From Octopus vulgaris (Eukaryota): DNA of 64,000 bases. The stretch lies in contig OX597823.1 of assembly GCA_951406725.2 (NCBI GenBank), forward strand, positions 116,498,001-116,562,000, written 5' to 3'. The first letter of the stretch is position 1, and every line of letters begins with the position of its first letter. Shown here in pieces: positions 1 to 12,040 of this stretch. The notes beneath the pieces are model-generated. The model was not told where the DNA came from and made no database searches. It saw only the letters and a program-made list of their open reading frames with translations. Both the position numbers and the translations under genes were made by a program.

Positions 1-478
1 GAACAGTTGTATGGTTTGAACTAAGCTTTATTGCCAATTCTTCAACTGATAAAAGAGAATTTTCTTCAAGTAATGCCTCAAGGGGTTTATCATCAAACTC
101 AACTGGAGGTCCTGTTCAATCTTCATCTTCAAGGCTGAAATCTCCACTTCTGAATTTTGCAAACCATCTTCTGCAAGTTCTTTCATTCAAGCATTCTTTC
201 CCATAAACTGAGTCTATGTTTTGAGTCGCTTTGGCTGCAAAGTTTCATTTTTTGTACTCATAAAGCATTATGTGCCTTAAATGCTTTTGGATAGTTCCAT
301 GTTAGAAAGGGTTTTAATCAAAGAAATTTTATTCTGTAAAATGATATTTAATTGGTTTAAATGTACACAAATGCATAAAAATAATTTTAAATTCCATGAG
401 TCATTCTAAAATACTATTAAATTTCTTTCAATTTTAAAAAAGGTAAAATTGGACAGAAATTATGAGATGATCTGATAC
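1..478 (-). mobile_element. Decayed mariner transposon, 5' end (N-terminal HTH of transposase plus probable TIR)
   Basis: Reverse complement of 1-300 reads MELS/KHLRHIMLYEYKK*NFAAKATQNIDSVYGKECLNERTCRRWFAKFRSGDFSLEDED*TGPPVEFDDKPLEALLEEN, a typical mariner N-terminus with stops and a frameshift; TIR-like end at ~445-478. Confidence 0.85.
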
Positions 479-905
479 AAAACTAAAATTGACAAAGGAG
501 TGATCTAACTCGTTGAATTAACCTCACCATTTTACTGGTATTTATTTTATTGATCCTGAACAGTTAATTTCAATGAGAGAGGTACTTAAGACAACAGTTA
601 AAATATTTTGTCTACTGTTATATTGGATCTGATGCCTCTACTTTCCTTGATTTGACCATTTGATTGCTGTGTAATTAGAAAACTAATTAACTTTGTGTCT
701 GAATAGAGAGATTAATGTGTCTACATGCTTAAATTAATTTAAGTATATTTCCTTTCTTTCTCAACTAGTACCAGTTCAAGGACAGTGGTTGAGCAGAAAT
801 GATACAGCAGTGGACAGGAATGTCTTACAGTATTTTCTCCAGCTCTTTGTATTCTGAGTTCTTCGATGGTAGATATGATAATCAAGTTTAACACCATCGC
901 CTTAC

Positions 906-1005
906 CCTTCGTTGCATTTAGTGTGATTCCTTCTGTTGCTAGCATTTTCGCCAAGTCTGAATTTTGAGGAGACCTTCTTCCCCTCCTCTCAACAGTTTTG
1001 ATGGT
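906..1005 (-). CDS. Candidate exon of an unidentified host gene (TIKTVERRGRRSPQNSDLAKMLATEGITLNATK)
   Basis: Unique sequence; minus-strand acceptor tcctttattttgcag| at 1006 and donor G|GTAAGG at 905; only the phase-0 frame is open; no family recognised. Confidence 0.3.
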
Positions 1006-1681
1006 CTGCAAAATAAAGGAAGATAGTCACTGTTCTTCCCATTCAAACTAAGCAAGAAATATAAGGAAAATTGCTTTAATTTCTGCTAGACCTCATTAGA
1101 CAGATCAGGAATAAGTCAGTGGGTCCGTTGGCAAACCAAGAATATCCATAAGTTTTCAAATGGATGGAAGTATTTCAGAAAAGATTTTGAATGTTAGAAC
1201 TTTCATTACCATCATCATTGTTACCATCTTCCCCATTGTCACTATTTTAAAAATTACCATTGTCACGATTTTTAAAATCTATTTCTCCATGCTGCTGTGG
1301 GTAAGAGAAACCTGCAGGGCACCATATCATTAACCTTTGAGATCATGTAGAGTATAATATCCTCCTCAGCTTTGTCCTGGCATCTTCTTCCCATGCCTTT
1401 TGTGTTCTTTTGCTACAGTCACTCCCTACTCACAACATGCAGTACATTTTTTTTTCGATCAAGTGTCTCCATTTTGTATTCCAAATCACAATCTCAGTAC
1501 ATTTCTCAACTACATTTTATGCAAGTTAATATTCGATCCACTGTTCATGCAAGTAAATTTTTGAGTTACTTTTTATGCAAGTAGATAATCTGAGTCACTA
1601 TACATGAAAATACATGTTGCATATCTATACAAACTGTACTGATCACATTTCTCTCTAATTTCCATAAAGCTTTTATATTTA

Positions 1682-1913
1682 GGCAGCGAGCTGGCAGATA
1701 CGTTAGCGCACTGGGCGAAATGCATAGCGGTATTTCGTCTGTCATTACCTTCTGAGTTCAAATTCCGCCGAGGTCGACTTTGCCTTTCATCCTTTCGGAG
1801 TCGATAAATAAAGTACCAGTTTTGCCCTGGGGGTTGATGTAATCAACTTAATCCCTTTGTCTGTCCTTGTTTGTCCCCTCTGTGTTTAACCCCTTGTGGG
1901 CAATAAAGAAATA
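1682..1913 (+). mobile_element. tRNA-derived SINE, family B (GGCGGCGAGCTGGCAGAA head; GCCTTTCATCCTTTCGGGGTCGATAAA central domain)
   Basis: Near-identical copies at 6830, 13640, 21919, 51060, 51516 and 52681; B-box-like GAGTTCAAATTCC. Confidence 0.85.
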
Positions 1914-1920
1914 TACTTAA

Positions 1921-2138
1921 CCCTTTAACATTTAAACCAGCCATTTCCAGCCAAAATATTCTCTCTCTTTTGTTCAAACTGGCTACATCCAACATCTCAC
2001 ACCTACTCTATAATGTCATAGTGAAAATAGACAATCACATCTTTGGAATCTTGAAGCCACAATATAATGCATGGTTAATTCAAAACAACATGAATAAAAA
2101 TCCATTACATTTGACAGGTTCATCTGAATGTTAATGGG
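1921..2138. mobile_element. piggyBac-type MITE
   Basis: TTAA|CCCTTTAACATT ... AATGTTAATGGG|TTAA: imperfect TIRs flanked by TTAA duplications. Confidence 0.7.
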
Positions 2139-2439
2139 TTAATAAGCATTTGATCTGTTTTACATGCAAAAAAATTTCCTTTGATAGTTTGTTGTGGCTC
2201 ATCGTCCAATTGAACTTGGAATATCCAATGCAGAAGTTTTAAAATAACCACAAGGTTGAAACATACGTAAGGAACAAATAATATAAACTTGTGTTTACTA
2301 TAATTTCTCATATATTGGCTTTGTTTATCCTAATCAATAATACTACTAACTTACACCACTATATTGGAAGCAGACTGAATGATGATAATTCACATTAAGC
2401 TCTAAACTCAACAGTAACAAGCATACATCTGCTATACAC

Positions 2440-2640
2440 ATCATCATCATCATCAATAACATTTAACATCTGTTTTTCATGCTCGTGTGTGTTGGATGGC
2501 TTGGCAGGAACTGACATGGCCAAAGGTTGCACCAGTTTCCATAGTCTGGTTTGCCTTGGTTTTTACAGCTGGATGCCCTTCCTAACACCAACCACTTTGC
2601 AGAGTGTACTGGGTGCTTTTTACATGCCATCCACACAAAT
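2440..2640 (-). mobile_element. SINE family C fragment (tail ending in (GAT)n)
   Basis: catcatcat...tttaacatc...catgc...ctggatgcccttcctaac motif shared with 5870, 28380, 32185 and 49645. Confidence 0.75.
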
Positions 2641-2704
2641 GTTTTTTACATGGAATCAGCACCCACATCAAAGTTTTTTATGTGGCATCTTGGTTTTAGG
2701 ATAT

Positions 2705-3041
2705 CAAATATGAGAGAAAAATTTGGTATAAGAGGTATATAAGTTGCAGTGTACAAGAAAGATGACCATGCTGGTATGGCCATGTGATGCATATGGATGG
2801 GGGCAGCTGCATAAAGAAATGCCAAGCTCTAAATATGGAAAGAACCTATAGAAGAGGAAGACCTGGGAAGGCGTAGGAGTGGCTGTGTGGTAAGTAGCTT
2901 GCTTACGAACTACATGGTTCTGGGTTCAGTCCCATTGCATCACACCTTGGGCAGGTGTCTTCTACTATAGCCTCAGGCCGACCAAAGACTTGTGAGTGGA
3001 TTTGGTAGATGGAAACTGAAAGAAGCTAGTCGTATATATGC

Positions 3042-3097
<56 letters not shown>

Positions 3098-3430
3098 GTG
3101 TGTATGTATATGTCTGTGTGTCTGTGTTTGTTGTTGCCCCAACATCGCTTGACAATAGACGGTGTGTTTACGTCCCTGTAACCTAGTGGTTCGGCAAATG
3201 GGACCAATAGAATAAGTACTAGACTTACAAAGAATAAGTCTTGGTGTTGATTTGCTTAACTAAAAGCGGTGCTCCAGCATGGCTGCAGTCAAATGACTGA
3301 AACAAGTAAAAGAGTAAAAAAGAGAGTATGTAGGATGAAGTGGTGAGAAAGGATCTTCAGATGTTGAGCTCCACTGAGCTGAGGACACAGGACAATATGC
3401 TGGGCTTGAGAAGTCCTGCCAGTAAAGTAA
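2705..3430 (+). mobile_element. RTE LINE 3' fragment interrupted by a family A SINE
   Basis: Translates VQER*PCWYGHVMHMDGGSCIKKCQALNMERTYRRGRPGK [SINE] *DEVVRKDLQMLS, matching the RTE C-terminal WYGHV...RGRP.KTW motif. Confidence 0.8.
2869..3325 (+). mobile_element. SINE family A (tRNA head, internal (TA)n, LINE-derived tail)
   Basis: Head GGCGTAGGAGTGGCTGTGTGGTAAG...GGGTTCAGTCCC and tail CCAGCATGGCTGCAGTCAAATGACTGAAACAAGTAAAAGAG; more than 15 full or partial copies in the window. Confidence 0.9.
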
Positions 3431-4027
3431 AATCTATGTCTATGACCCCCCCCACTCCCACCACTGTTTCCCTCTCCCCTCCATTCTCTTTTACATATTC
3501 ACCTGCCTACCTGCACATAATATGTTCCTGCTAAATCCCTTTCCTTCCCTCCTACCTCTACCTTCCATTGTCCTTTTGAAATCTTGTGAACCCACCCACA
3601 TGCCCACCCTTTCTCATCCCCAACCCACTTCCCTATGTACCATTCTGTAACCTCTCTCTCACATCTTCACCATCTTTCTCTCCTCTCTCTCTCTTTCTTT
3701 CCATCTGAGGTAGCTTGTCACCTTTCTAATACAAGACCCCCTTTTCTGCAAGTTGAGGGATCATTCCTGCAAGTTACTTGGTGACCTGACAGCTGCTGGC
3801 ACCACAGAGACAGCACTTAGTACACTCTGCAAAATGGCTGATGTTAGGATGGGCATCCAGCCATAGAAATCCTGTCAAAACAAACATCAGGATTTTGGGT
3901 AGTCTTCTGACTTGTCAATTCCTATCAAACAGTTCTACCCATGCCAGCATGGAAAATGGACATCAAATGTTGATGATGTTGATATGCATGTGCATATGGA
4001 TGTGTGTGTATGCATATATATATATAA

Positions 4028-4299
4028 GTTGTGTCTGGGGTGAGTCATTTTCTTTTTGTGCCTTATTATGTAACGCACTCACCAGTAAAATTTCCATTTA
4101 TTTCTTATTTTTATTTTCCTTAAATTTTCGTTGCGTCTTGCAACCTTTTCAATAGTCTTCACTCTTGACAAGTCAAGAAAAGGTTGCAAGACGCAACGAG
4201 AATTTTAGGAGAATAAAAATAAGAAATAAATGGAAATTTTACAAGTGAGTGTGTTACATTATGAGGCAGAAAAAGAAAATGACTCTCCCCAGAAACAAC
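4028..4299. repeat. Long inverted repeat (123-bp arms, 26-bp spacer); probable Penelope-like pLTR fold-back
   Basis: 4028-4150 is the reverse complement of 4177-4299 with scattered mismatches; lies in a TA-rich tract; carries a hammerhead-like variant. Confidence 0.85.
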
Positions 4300-4407
4300 A
4301 GAATATGCTTCATCACACGAACTCATATAAAGAATCTTGCAAACCAAATCCAAAAACGAAATATATATATAAGTATATCTGTGTGTGCGTGTGTGTGCAT
4401 ATATATA

Positions 4408-4462
<55 letters not shown>

Positions 4463-4483
4463 ATATATATACATATATATATA

Positions 4484-4787
4484 TCACGTGATCACGTGAC
4501 CGACCAGACCATCAGATGTTGTTACACATCGCTGGTCACAATGCGTTCGCATTGTTTTAGCCTTCGAATGATGCCACCCCGCTGGCTAAGTGAGCAGGCC
4601 AACAGAAAAAAGAGTGAGAGAAAGAGTGGTGAAAGAGTACAGCAGGGATCACCACCCCCTGCTGGAGCCTCGTGGAGCTTTTTAGGTGTTTTCGCTCAAT
4701 AAACACTCACAATGCCCGGTCTGGGAATCGAAACCGCGATCCTGCGACCGCGAGTCCGCTACCCTAACCACTAGGCCATTGCGCCTC

Positions 4788-4790
<3 letters not shown>
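4484..4790 (-). mobile_element. tRNA-derived SINE, OR-like family, tail type 1
   Basis: Head GTGGAGGCGCAATGGCCTAGTGGTTAGGG...GGTTTCGATTCCC shared with 20725 and 55121; tail repeated at 12429-12537. Confidence 0.8.
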
Positions 4791-4846
<56 letters not shown>

Positions 4847-4854
4847 GTATATGT

Positions 4855-5075
4855 CTTTAAAATGAAGCTGGATCTCTTCCTGTCAGGTGTCCCAGATGAA
4901 CCAACTTCACGGCAGGAGGGGCAGATGAGGGCAGCTGCATCGAACTCTCTCATGCACCAAATAGCAGCTGCTAGAAAGCCTCCATGAAGTGAAACCAAGT
5001 AGCAACACAAAATGGCGGTGCCCCAGCATGGCCACAGATCATAAGCTGAAACTAGAATCAATCAATCAATCAATC
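4855..5075 (+). mobile_element. 3' end of a CR1/L2-group LINE
   Basis: Encodes FKMKLDLFLSGVPDEP (typical ORF2 terminus), then a 3' UTR ending GGCGGTGCCCCAGCATGGCCACAG...GCTGAAACTAG(AATC)n; same tail on the minus strand at 57202-57255. Confidence 0.75.
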
Positions 5076-5106
<31 letters not shown>

Positions 5107-5869
5107 TACACACACACACACACACTTCAAGCTTCCATACAGTTTTTGTCTACCTATTCCTGTCACAAGGCATTGGTTAGCTTGAGCTAACAGTACAAGA
5201 CACTTGTTGAAGGTGCACTGAGCAAGCTAGAATTCAAGACCATGTGGTTTCAAAGTGAATCAACACAGCCACACACATGCACACACACATACACACAAAA
5301 CACAAGTACTTCCTCGTATCTATATACATATGCCAACTCTGAGCACATATGCAACCAGATACATAGAATATGAAACTGTAGAAGCTGATGATGATTAAAG
5401 CTGTCAGAAAGCTACAGAAATGTTTTGTTAGGAAATAGAATTGTCTGCGATAACTCTTCAGTTCCATCATTATCAGATTTTCTTAATAACTTTGAGCATT
5501 GATCTCAACTTTTGGTGCAGCAGCCTGATGATTTGCCATGCAATGTATTGCATCAGAGCAATAATAAAAAGCACATGGGATATCAAATTGACTTGCAGTC
5601 AATGTGCAGTTGTTTGCTAACTGGCGGCTCTTGTTTGCCTTCATTTTCATTTCGTTTCTTTTGTATAAAATATTCTCTGATAATGTCCAGTGGGGATGAA
5701 GACAACTGTTCACATGTAATTGGACATATTCATTAGCTGCGATCAATCAATGTTGACTGCAATGGCTACACGAGTCAAGAGAGATCATAGTAAAGCAGCA
5801 GACACTTCAAAACAGTTAAGATTTCTCAAGTAAAATTTTGAGGTTGATAAAATATAAAACCCAACATAA

Positions 5870-6420
5870 TCATCATATCATCATCATCCTCGTTTAACGT
5901 CCGCTTTCCATACTAGCATGGGTTGGACGTATGACTGAGGGCTGGCAAACCAGATGGCTGCACCAGGCTCCAATCTTGATCTGGTAGAGTTTCTACAGCT
6001 GGATGCCCTTCCTAACGCCAAACACTCCGAGAGTGTAGTGGGTGCTTTTATGTGCCACCGGCATGGGGGCCAGTAAGGCGACTAGGCAATGACCTCGCTC
6101 AAATCTTTTACACGTGCCACCATCGCGGGTGCCAGTAAGGCGATGCTGGTAACTATCACACTCGAATGGTGTCTTTTACATGCCACCGGCACGGAGGCCA
6201 GATAGCCACTCTGGCAACGATCATGCTCGGATGGTGCTCTTAATACTCTACTAGCATGGGGCTCGAGTGCCGGTAATGCAAAGCTGGTAACGATCACGCT
6301 TGAATGGTGCCATTTAAGTGCCACTTGTACAGAAGCTGGTTAACCGCTTTGTCAATGATCACACTCATATGGTGCTCTTTGCACTCTGCTAGCATGGACG
6401 CTAGTCATCGAATTTGATTT
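5870..6420 (-). mobile_element. SINE family C with about six internal ~65-bp degenerate tandem units
   Basis: (CAT)n-CGTTTAACGTCCGCTTTCCA end; repeated GGTGC...GTGCCAC...GCCAG...GATCAC.CTC units at 6040-6400. Confidence 0.8.
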
Positions 6421-6829
6421 TGATGAGAATTTACCGCAGAGGTAAATGTAAACACTTACCAAGCCAATACTTGATGAGGTTTCAATCCCAATTCAATAGT
6501 TTCATTTGAGCTATGCTTTTGATACTGTGCTCTCCAAAGTTTCTATGACCTCATCACCTCATCTGCCTATGCAATAAACTTGTTTTACTCCAAGAGAGAA
6601 AATATAAACAATGGAAGAAATTCTGCGATGCCCCAAATGTATTTACTCTTAAAACTCTTCTAGATTTACATTTGGACCATAATGTTTTGTCAGCTGTGTT
6701 ATCTAAATTTAAAACCTTGTGATACCCTGCACTGCTGACTATAGTACCATAGAGTGTTATGATGCCATAAGGATGTCTAAAGTACCACAGGGTCATGACA
6801 CCCTGGGTGGGGTCCCCTATTGTGATACC

Positions 6830-7062
6830 TATTTCTTTACTACCCACAAGGGGCTAAACACAAAGAGGACAAACAAGGACAGATAAATGGATTAAGTCAA
6901 TTACATCGACCCCAGTGCGTAACTGGTACTTATTTAATCGACCCTGAAAAGATGAAAGGCAAAGTCGACCTCGGCAGAATTTGAACTCACAACATAGCGG
7001 CAGATGAAATACCACAAAGCATTTTGCCTGGCATGCTAACGATTCTGCCAGCTCGCCCCCTT
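6830..7062 (-). mobile_element. SINE family B with 14-bp TSD
   Basis: Flanks cctattgtgatacc (6816-6829) and cctattgctatacc (7063-7076). Confidence 0.85.
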
Positions 7063-7759
7063 CCTATTGCTATACCTTCTAATAAGATAAGAAAAAAATA
7101 TAGGTTCTCATTCTTCTCTTCCTTAAAACACAAACTGTATATTCTGACCAAAAACCATCTGATTCAGTTTCTGAATTAAATTCTAAAGAATTTCTTTTAA
7201 CCCTCAATCTGCTACTTTCTTTTTTTCTTTCTCTCTCCTCAATCCAAGGAGCTGTTTTTTTAACCCCAGGCTAGACATAATGCAGCAGATTTTGCTTCAA
7301 AAGTGTTTCACCCATGACCATCACATCTTGTATTCCTGTATATATTATGTTTCCTCTCTTAAAGATTAGTTATGAGTGATTTGGCTACTATTTCTGGTAT
7401 TTGAATCCACTATGTTGAGGCTTTTTCAATTTTTCCTGATTCATAATTGGTACACAAAGTATCTACAATCTCTCCAATTCTCCAGTTCAAACCCTGCATT
7501 CTGTTTCTATCAACACTAGCCTCATCGCTTCATTGATGATGATGATAGTATAGATAAAACACCATGCTCTTTTTCTCTTCCTGTTGTTGTCCCTTTAAAA
7601 TTCTACCACCCAGTAGTCTTATATTATTACCAAGCGGTCATGTGATCCATTAGTCACATGACAAAGAGTTCTGACCATTTCTCAAAGCTTGGCATCCAAC
7701 TGCACTTGGAACATCCGATGCAGAGTTTAGAAATAACCAGGGAACAAATATAATTTCTC

Positions 7760-7818
<59 letters not shown>

Positions 7819-7973
7819 ACACAGTGATTCAGCAAAAAGACTGATAGAATAAGTTCCAGGCTTTTGAAAATATAAATACTGGCATCAATTCATTCAACTA
7901 AAATTTCTTCAATGCACTGCTCCAGCATGGCCACAGCCTAATGACTGAAACAAGTAAAAAAATAAAGGAAAAG

Positions 7974-8012
<39 letters not shown>

Positions 8013-8095
8013 GGTCCCGGGTTGAGTCGGGGTTAACCACAGTAAATAAGGTACTCAATACATAGCAGAGTAAAATTAATTTATTATATAGAAGG

Positions 8096-8146
8096 AGCTT
8101 CGACAGGACTAGAACTGTTTCATTCAAGAGAAATCATCAGGAAGCT
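8096..8146 (-). ncRNA. Type I hammerhead ribozyme, canonical core
   Basis: Reverse complement: AGCTTC-CTGATGA-T TTC TCTT GAA T-GAAA-CAG TTCTAGTC CTG-TC-GAAGCT; 6-bp stem I, paired stem III, GUC cleavage triplet. Confidence 0.85.
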
Positions 8147-9574
8147 AGTTAACAAGAATTGTTTTGGCATTTATACATTTAGGCAGGTTTAAAGGGGTGG
8201 TGGTGGGGGACTTTTTGGGGGTAGGCAGAGCGCAAAATATCATACTTAGGGGAGTGGTCAAGGAGTCAGTGGTAAAGTAGATAAAAGAATAAATAAAAGA
8301 ATAAAAAAATAAATAGAGGAATAGAGTTTTAGGTAAACATACATACAAATATATACATACACACACATACACATACACACGTACACACACATATATACAT
8401 ACACACATGCACACACATGTCCATATATACACATATATATATATATATATATACATATGTGTACCTATACATACCTACACATACACACATATACATACAC
8501 ATACAAACCCATTCCCTTATTTTAATTTTATTATTATTTTCATTTATTACTTTTGTTATCTTTGACCGCGGTCACAAGCATCTTGGCTATCGTCCCCCTG
8601 GGGACGACAGCAAGTCCATTTATCTTTCTACACGAACACAAGCACTCACTCACGCACGCACACTCATTCGCACGCACACACACTCATTCGTACACTCATA
8701 CACATACACGCACGCACGCGTTATATTCATACATACATACATCTACATACATTCACATATATACACATACGTACGCGTACCTAAAGATTCATGTCTACAC
8801 GCTTACACATACATACCTCAATACACCCACAGAAGACTAGTCCATACATATACACCAATAAATATATATACACATATACATATACACCTACATACACATA
8901 CATACACATACACATATATATACGTATATATACATACATATACATACACCTATACATACATACATATATACACATACACACACCCACACATATACATATA
9001 CATATATATACACACACGCATACATATACATACATCATCATCATCATCATCATCATATATATATATATATATACATATATATATCTATATATACATATAT
9101 ATATATATACATACACACATACATACATACACACATATACACATATACATGCGTACACATACACACACACACGCGCATCCATATATACACATAAGTACAC
9201 ACATGCATAAAATTATACATATCTTTATACATATGCCTACACATACACACACACACACGCGCCTCCTTATGTTCATATACTTACATGCATACTCAAAAAA
9301 TAAATAATAAAATATATATACGTGCAGTTATTCATATACATACTTGCATACTCAAAAGATAATAATAAATATTAAATATATATACGTGCAGTTACCTATT
9401 ATACAGACGGATACATACATATAAACTTATACATATATACCTTTTTACACATATGTATATATACATACATACATACATACATAACTCTACATACCTACAT
9501 ATACATAAACACACGAGCATACACGTATATGTACATATACACATATACATACACATACATATACATATATATAC

Positions 9575-9613
<39 letters not shown>

Positions 9614-9882
9614 CACACATATATACATATATATACATATACACACACATACACACATATACATATACATACAAGCAAACATATACACACTTACACATAC
9701 ATATATACACACACTTACACACATATATATATATATATATACATATACACCCACATTCACATATATATATACATATATATATATACACACACATACACAT
9801 ACACACATATATATATATATACATACATATACGCACATACACACACACACATATATATACATATACACACACATATATATAC

Positions 9883-9917
<35 letters not shown>

Positions 9918-10339
9918 CACATATGTGCGCATACATACATACATACTCATACACACACACACATACACATACACACATATATATACACGTATATACACAT
10001 AAGTACATACATGCATAAATGTATACATATTTCTATACAAGTGCATACACATACACACACTCACGCGCCACCTTATATACATAAAAACATACATGCATAC
10101 AAACGCATACTCAAGTAATAAATAATAAGTAATAAGTAATAAATAGTAATTAATAAATATATATACATGCAGTTACCCTTTATACAGACGGAAACATTCA
10201 TATAAACATACACATATACATACATACACATATATACACACACATATACATATATATATATATATATATACACCTACCTACACATATGCATATATACACA
10301 CATACATACATGCACATACGTATAACTCTACATACCTAC

Positions 10340-10408
<69 letters not shown>

Positions 10409-10514
10409 CACATATATATATATATACCCATCTACACATCTGTATATACACACACATACATGCACATACACATAACTCTACATACCTACATATACATCGA
10501 CACACTAGCGTACA

Positions 10515-10556
<42 letters not shown>

Positions 10557-10628
10557 TACACACACACATATATATATACACACATATATATACATACATA
10601 TATATATATATATGCATATATACATATG

Positions 10629-10660
<32 letters not shown>

Positions 10661-10857
10661 TACATATATATACATACATACATACACACACACACATAAT
10701 ACATGCGTATATTCCTACTATACCCATACATTTCTATACATATATACGATACACATATACAAGTGTACACATACAATATGTGAAAGGTCTTAGGAGAAAA
10801 GGTAATCGGGGGTGCTAGGGGAACGGTGGGATTGGGGGGTTTGTGGGTGGGGTGTCG

Positions 10858-11526
10858 TCAATCTGGTTGCCGGGTAGGTCTATAGTTCTTGTAGTTTGCA
10901 TAAGTCTTATGCATGCAATTTGGGGAGTGTTCTGAGATCTTGTTTAGGAGAGGGCCTTTGGCGAACAAGATCTCTAGGCTCTCCGAAATGCAAAGGTCAC
11001 AGCAGGTATGGCCTCCTGTGTACGAACGCGCCTTCTGTAGTAGTTTCCACTTGGTCTTGAAGGGGATGGAGTTCCTTTTAAGGTACCAGATGTGGGCGGC
11101 TAGGGTAGTTTGGTTGGATTTATCCGGTCGCCGGAACGAGTGTGTGTGGGCGTACCAGCGGGTCTTAAAGCTGTTTGACGTCATTCCAATGTATGATTTT
11201 CTTTTATCGTCAGGGCCTGATCTTACCTCGCATGTATAGACGAGGTCCCTCTGTAGGCAGTTGTTGTTGAGGGGGCAAGTGGTTTTATCAGGGCAGTTGC
11301 AATTGCTATCGGATGTTGGATGGGCCTCGGAAAAAGTAGATATATTAAGTTTTTTCACATTGTTGTTGGCTAGGTTCCTGGCTAGATTGGGCGTGGTAGA
11401 GTAGGAGAGTCTAATGGTGTTCTTATTTAGGATAGTATAGTACTTATGTTGGGTGGGGAAGTGTTTCTGTAGGAGAGTGAAGAAGATTTTAGCTACAGGT
11501 GTAGCAACCTCACGGTTGAAGGGGGG
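10858..11526 (-). CDS. C-terminal part of Penelope-like ORF: linker, Cys motif and GIY-YIG endonuclease (truncated; the ORF-track N-terminus is microsatellite)
   Basis: PPFN...KHFP...SYSTTPN, CNCxxxxxCPLxxxC, LVY...YIGMT..FKTRW..H, CDLCxxE...LLN; about 220 codons without a stop. Confidence 0.9.
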   Translation of the reverse strand, partial: PPFNREVATPVAKIFFTLLQKHFPTQHKYYTILNKNTIRLSYSTTPNLARNLANNNVKKLNISTFSEAHPTSDSNCNCPDKTTCPLNNNCLQRDLVYTCEVRSGPDDKRKSYIGMTSNSFKTRWYAHTHSFRRPDKSNQTTLAAHIWYLKRNSIPFKTKWKLLQKARSYTGGHTCCDLCISESLEILFAKGPLLNKISEHSPNCMHKTYANYKNYRPTRQPD

Positions 11527-11809
11527 ATATATATATATGTATATATATATATGTATATATATGTATATATATATGTATATATGTATATATATATATGTAT
11601 ATATATATATGTATATATATATATGTACATATATATGTATATATGTATATATATATGTATATGTATAAATACATATGTATATATATGTATATATATACAT
11701 ATATATACATATGTATTTATACATATACATATATATATATATACATATATATATACATATATATATATCCCTCTCTCTCTTTCGGAGAGGCACAAGCACC
11801 TATACGCAC

Positions 11810-11967
11810 ACGGCAGTAACTTCCACCTACCGAATTCAAACACAACGCTCTGGTCGGCTCGGGGCTATAGTGGAAGACACCTATCCAAAGTGCCACGCAG
11901 TGGGACTGAACCCGATCCCATGTAGCTAGGAAGCAAGCTCCCTAACCACACAGCCATGCCCGCGCCT
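11810..11967 (-). mobile_element. SINE family A, 5' half
   Basis: ggggctatagtggaagacac...gccacgcagtgggactgaaccc...accacacagcc. Confidence 0.8.
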
Positions 11968-11980
11968 ATATATACATATA

Positions 11981-12011
<31 letters not shown>

Positions 12012-12040
12012 CCAATTTTATAGTAAAATATTATATTATA

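Larger units (their letters stand above)
8010..11526 (-). mobile_element. 5'-truncated Penelope-like retroelement inserted in (TA)n
   Basis: Open linker plus GIY-YIG frame at 10858-11526, long low-complexity 3' region, hammerhead at 8096-8146 on the same strand; both ends abut (TA)n. Confidence 0.8.

Noticed and set aside
2869-2940. tRNA-like sequences at SINE heads
   Set aside because: A/B boxes only, no complete cloverleaf, and each continues into a SINE body; not tRNA genes
6040-6400. Periodic ~65-bp units resembling a CRISPR array
   Set aside because: Whole units are degenerate copies with no unique spacers, lie inside a SINE, and the context is eukaryotic with no cas genes
8417-10818. 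Long YI/HT/CV-rich ORFs here and throughout the track
   Set aside because: They are translations of (TA)n/(CA)n microsatellites that lack stops by composition
10516-10860. Selenocysteine read-through of the Penelope ORF's TGA
   Set aside because: The TGA is not at a conserved Cys position, the downstream open frame is low-complexity, and no SECIS was recognised
10913-11239. 108-aa plus-strand ORF
   Set aside because: Antisense shadow of the GIY-YIG frame
11810-11967. Possible ADAR-edited SINE copy (several T>C differences)
   Set aside because: Substitutions are mixed in type and direction; no clear A-to-G strand bias by eye
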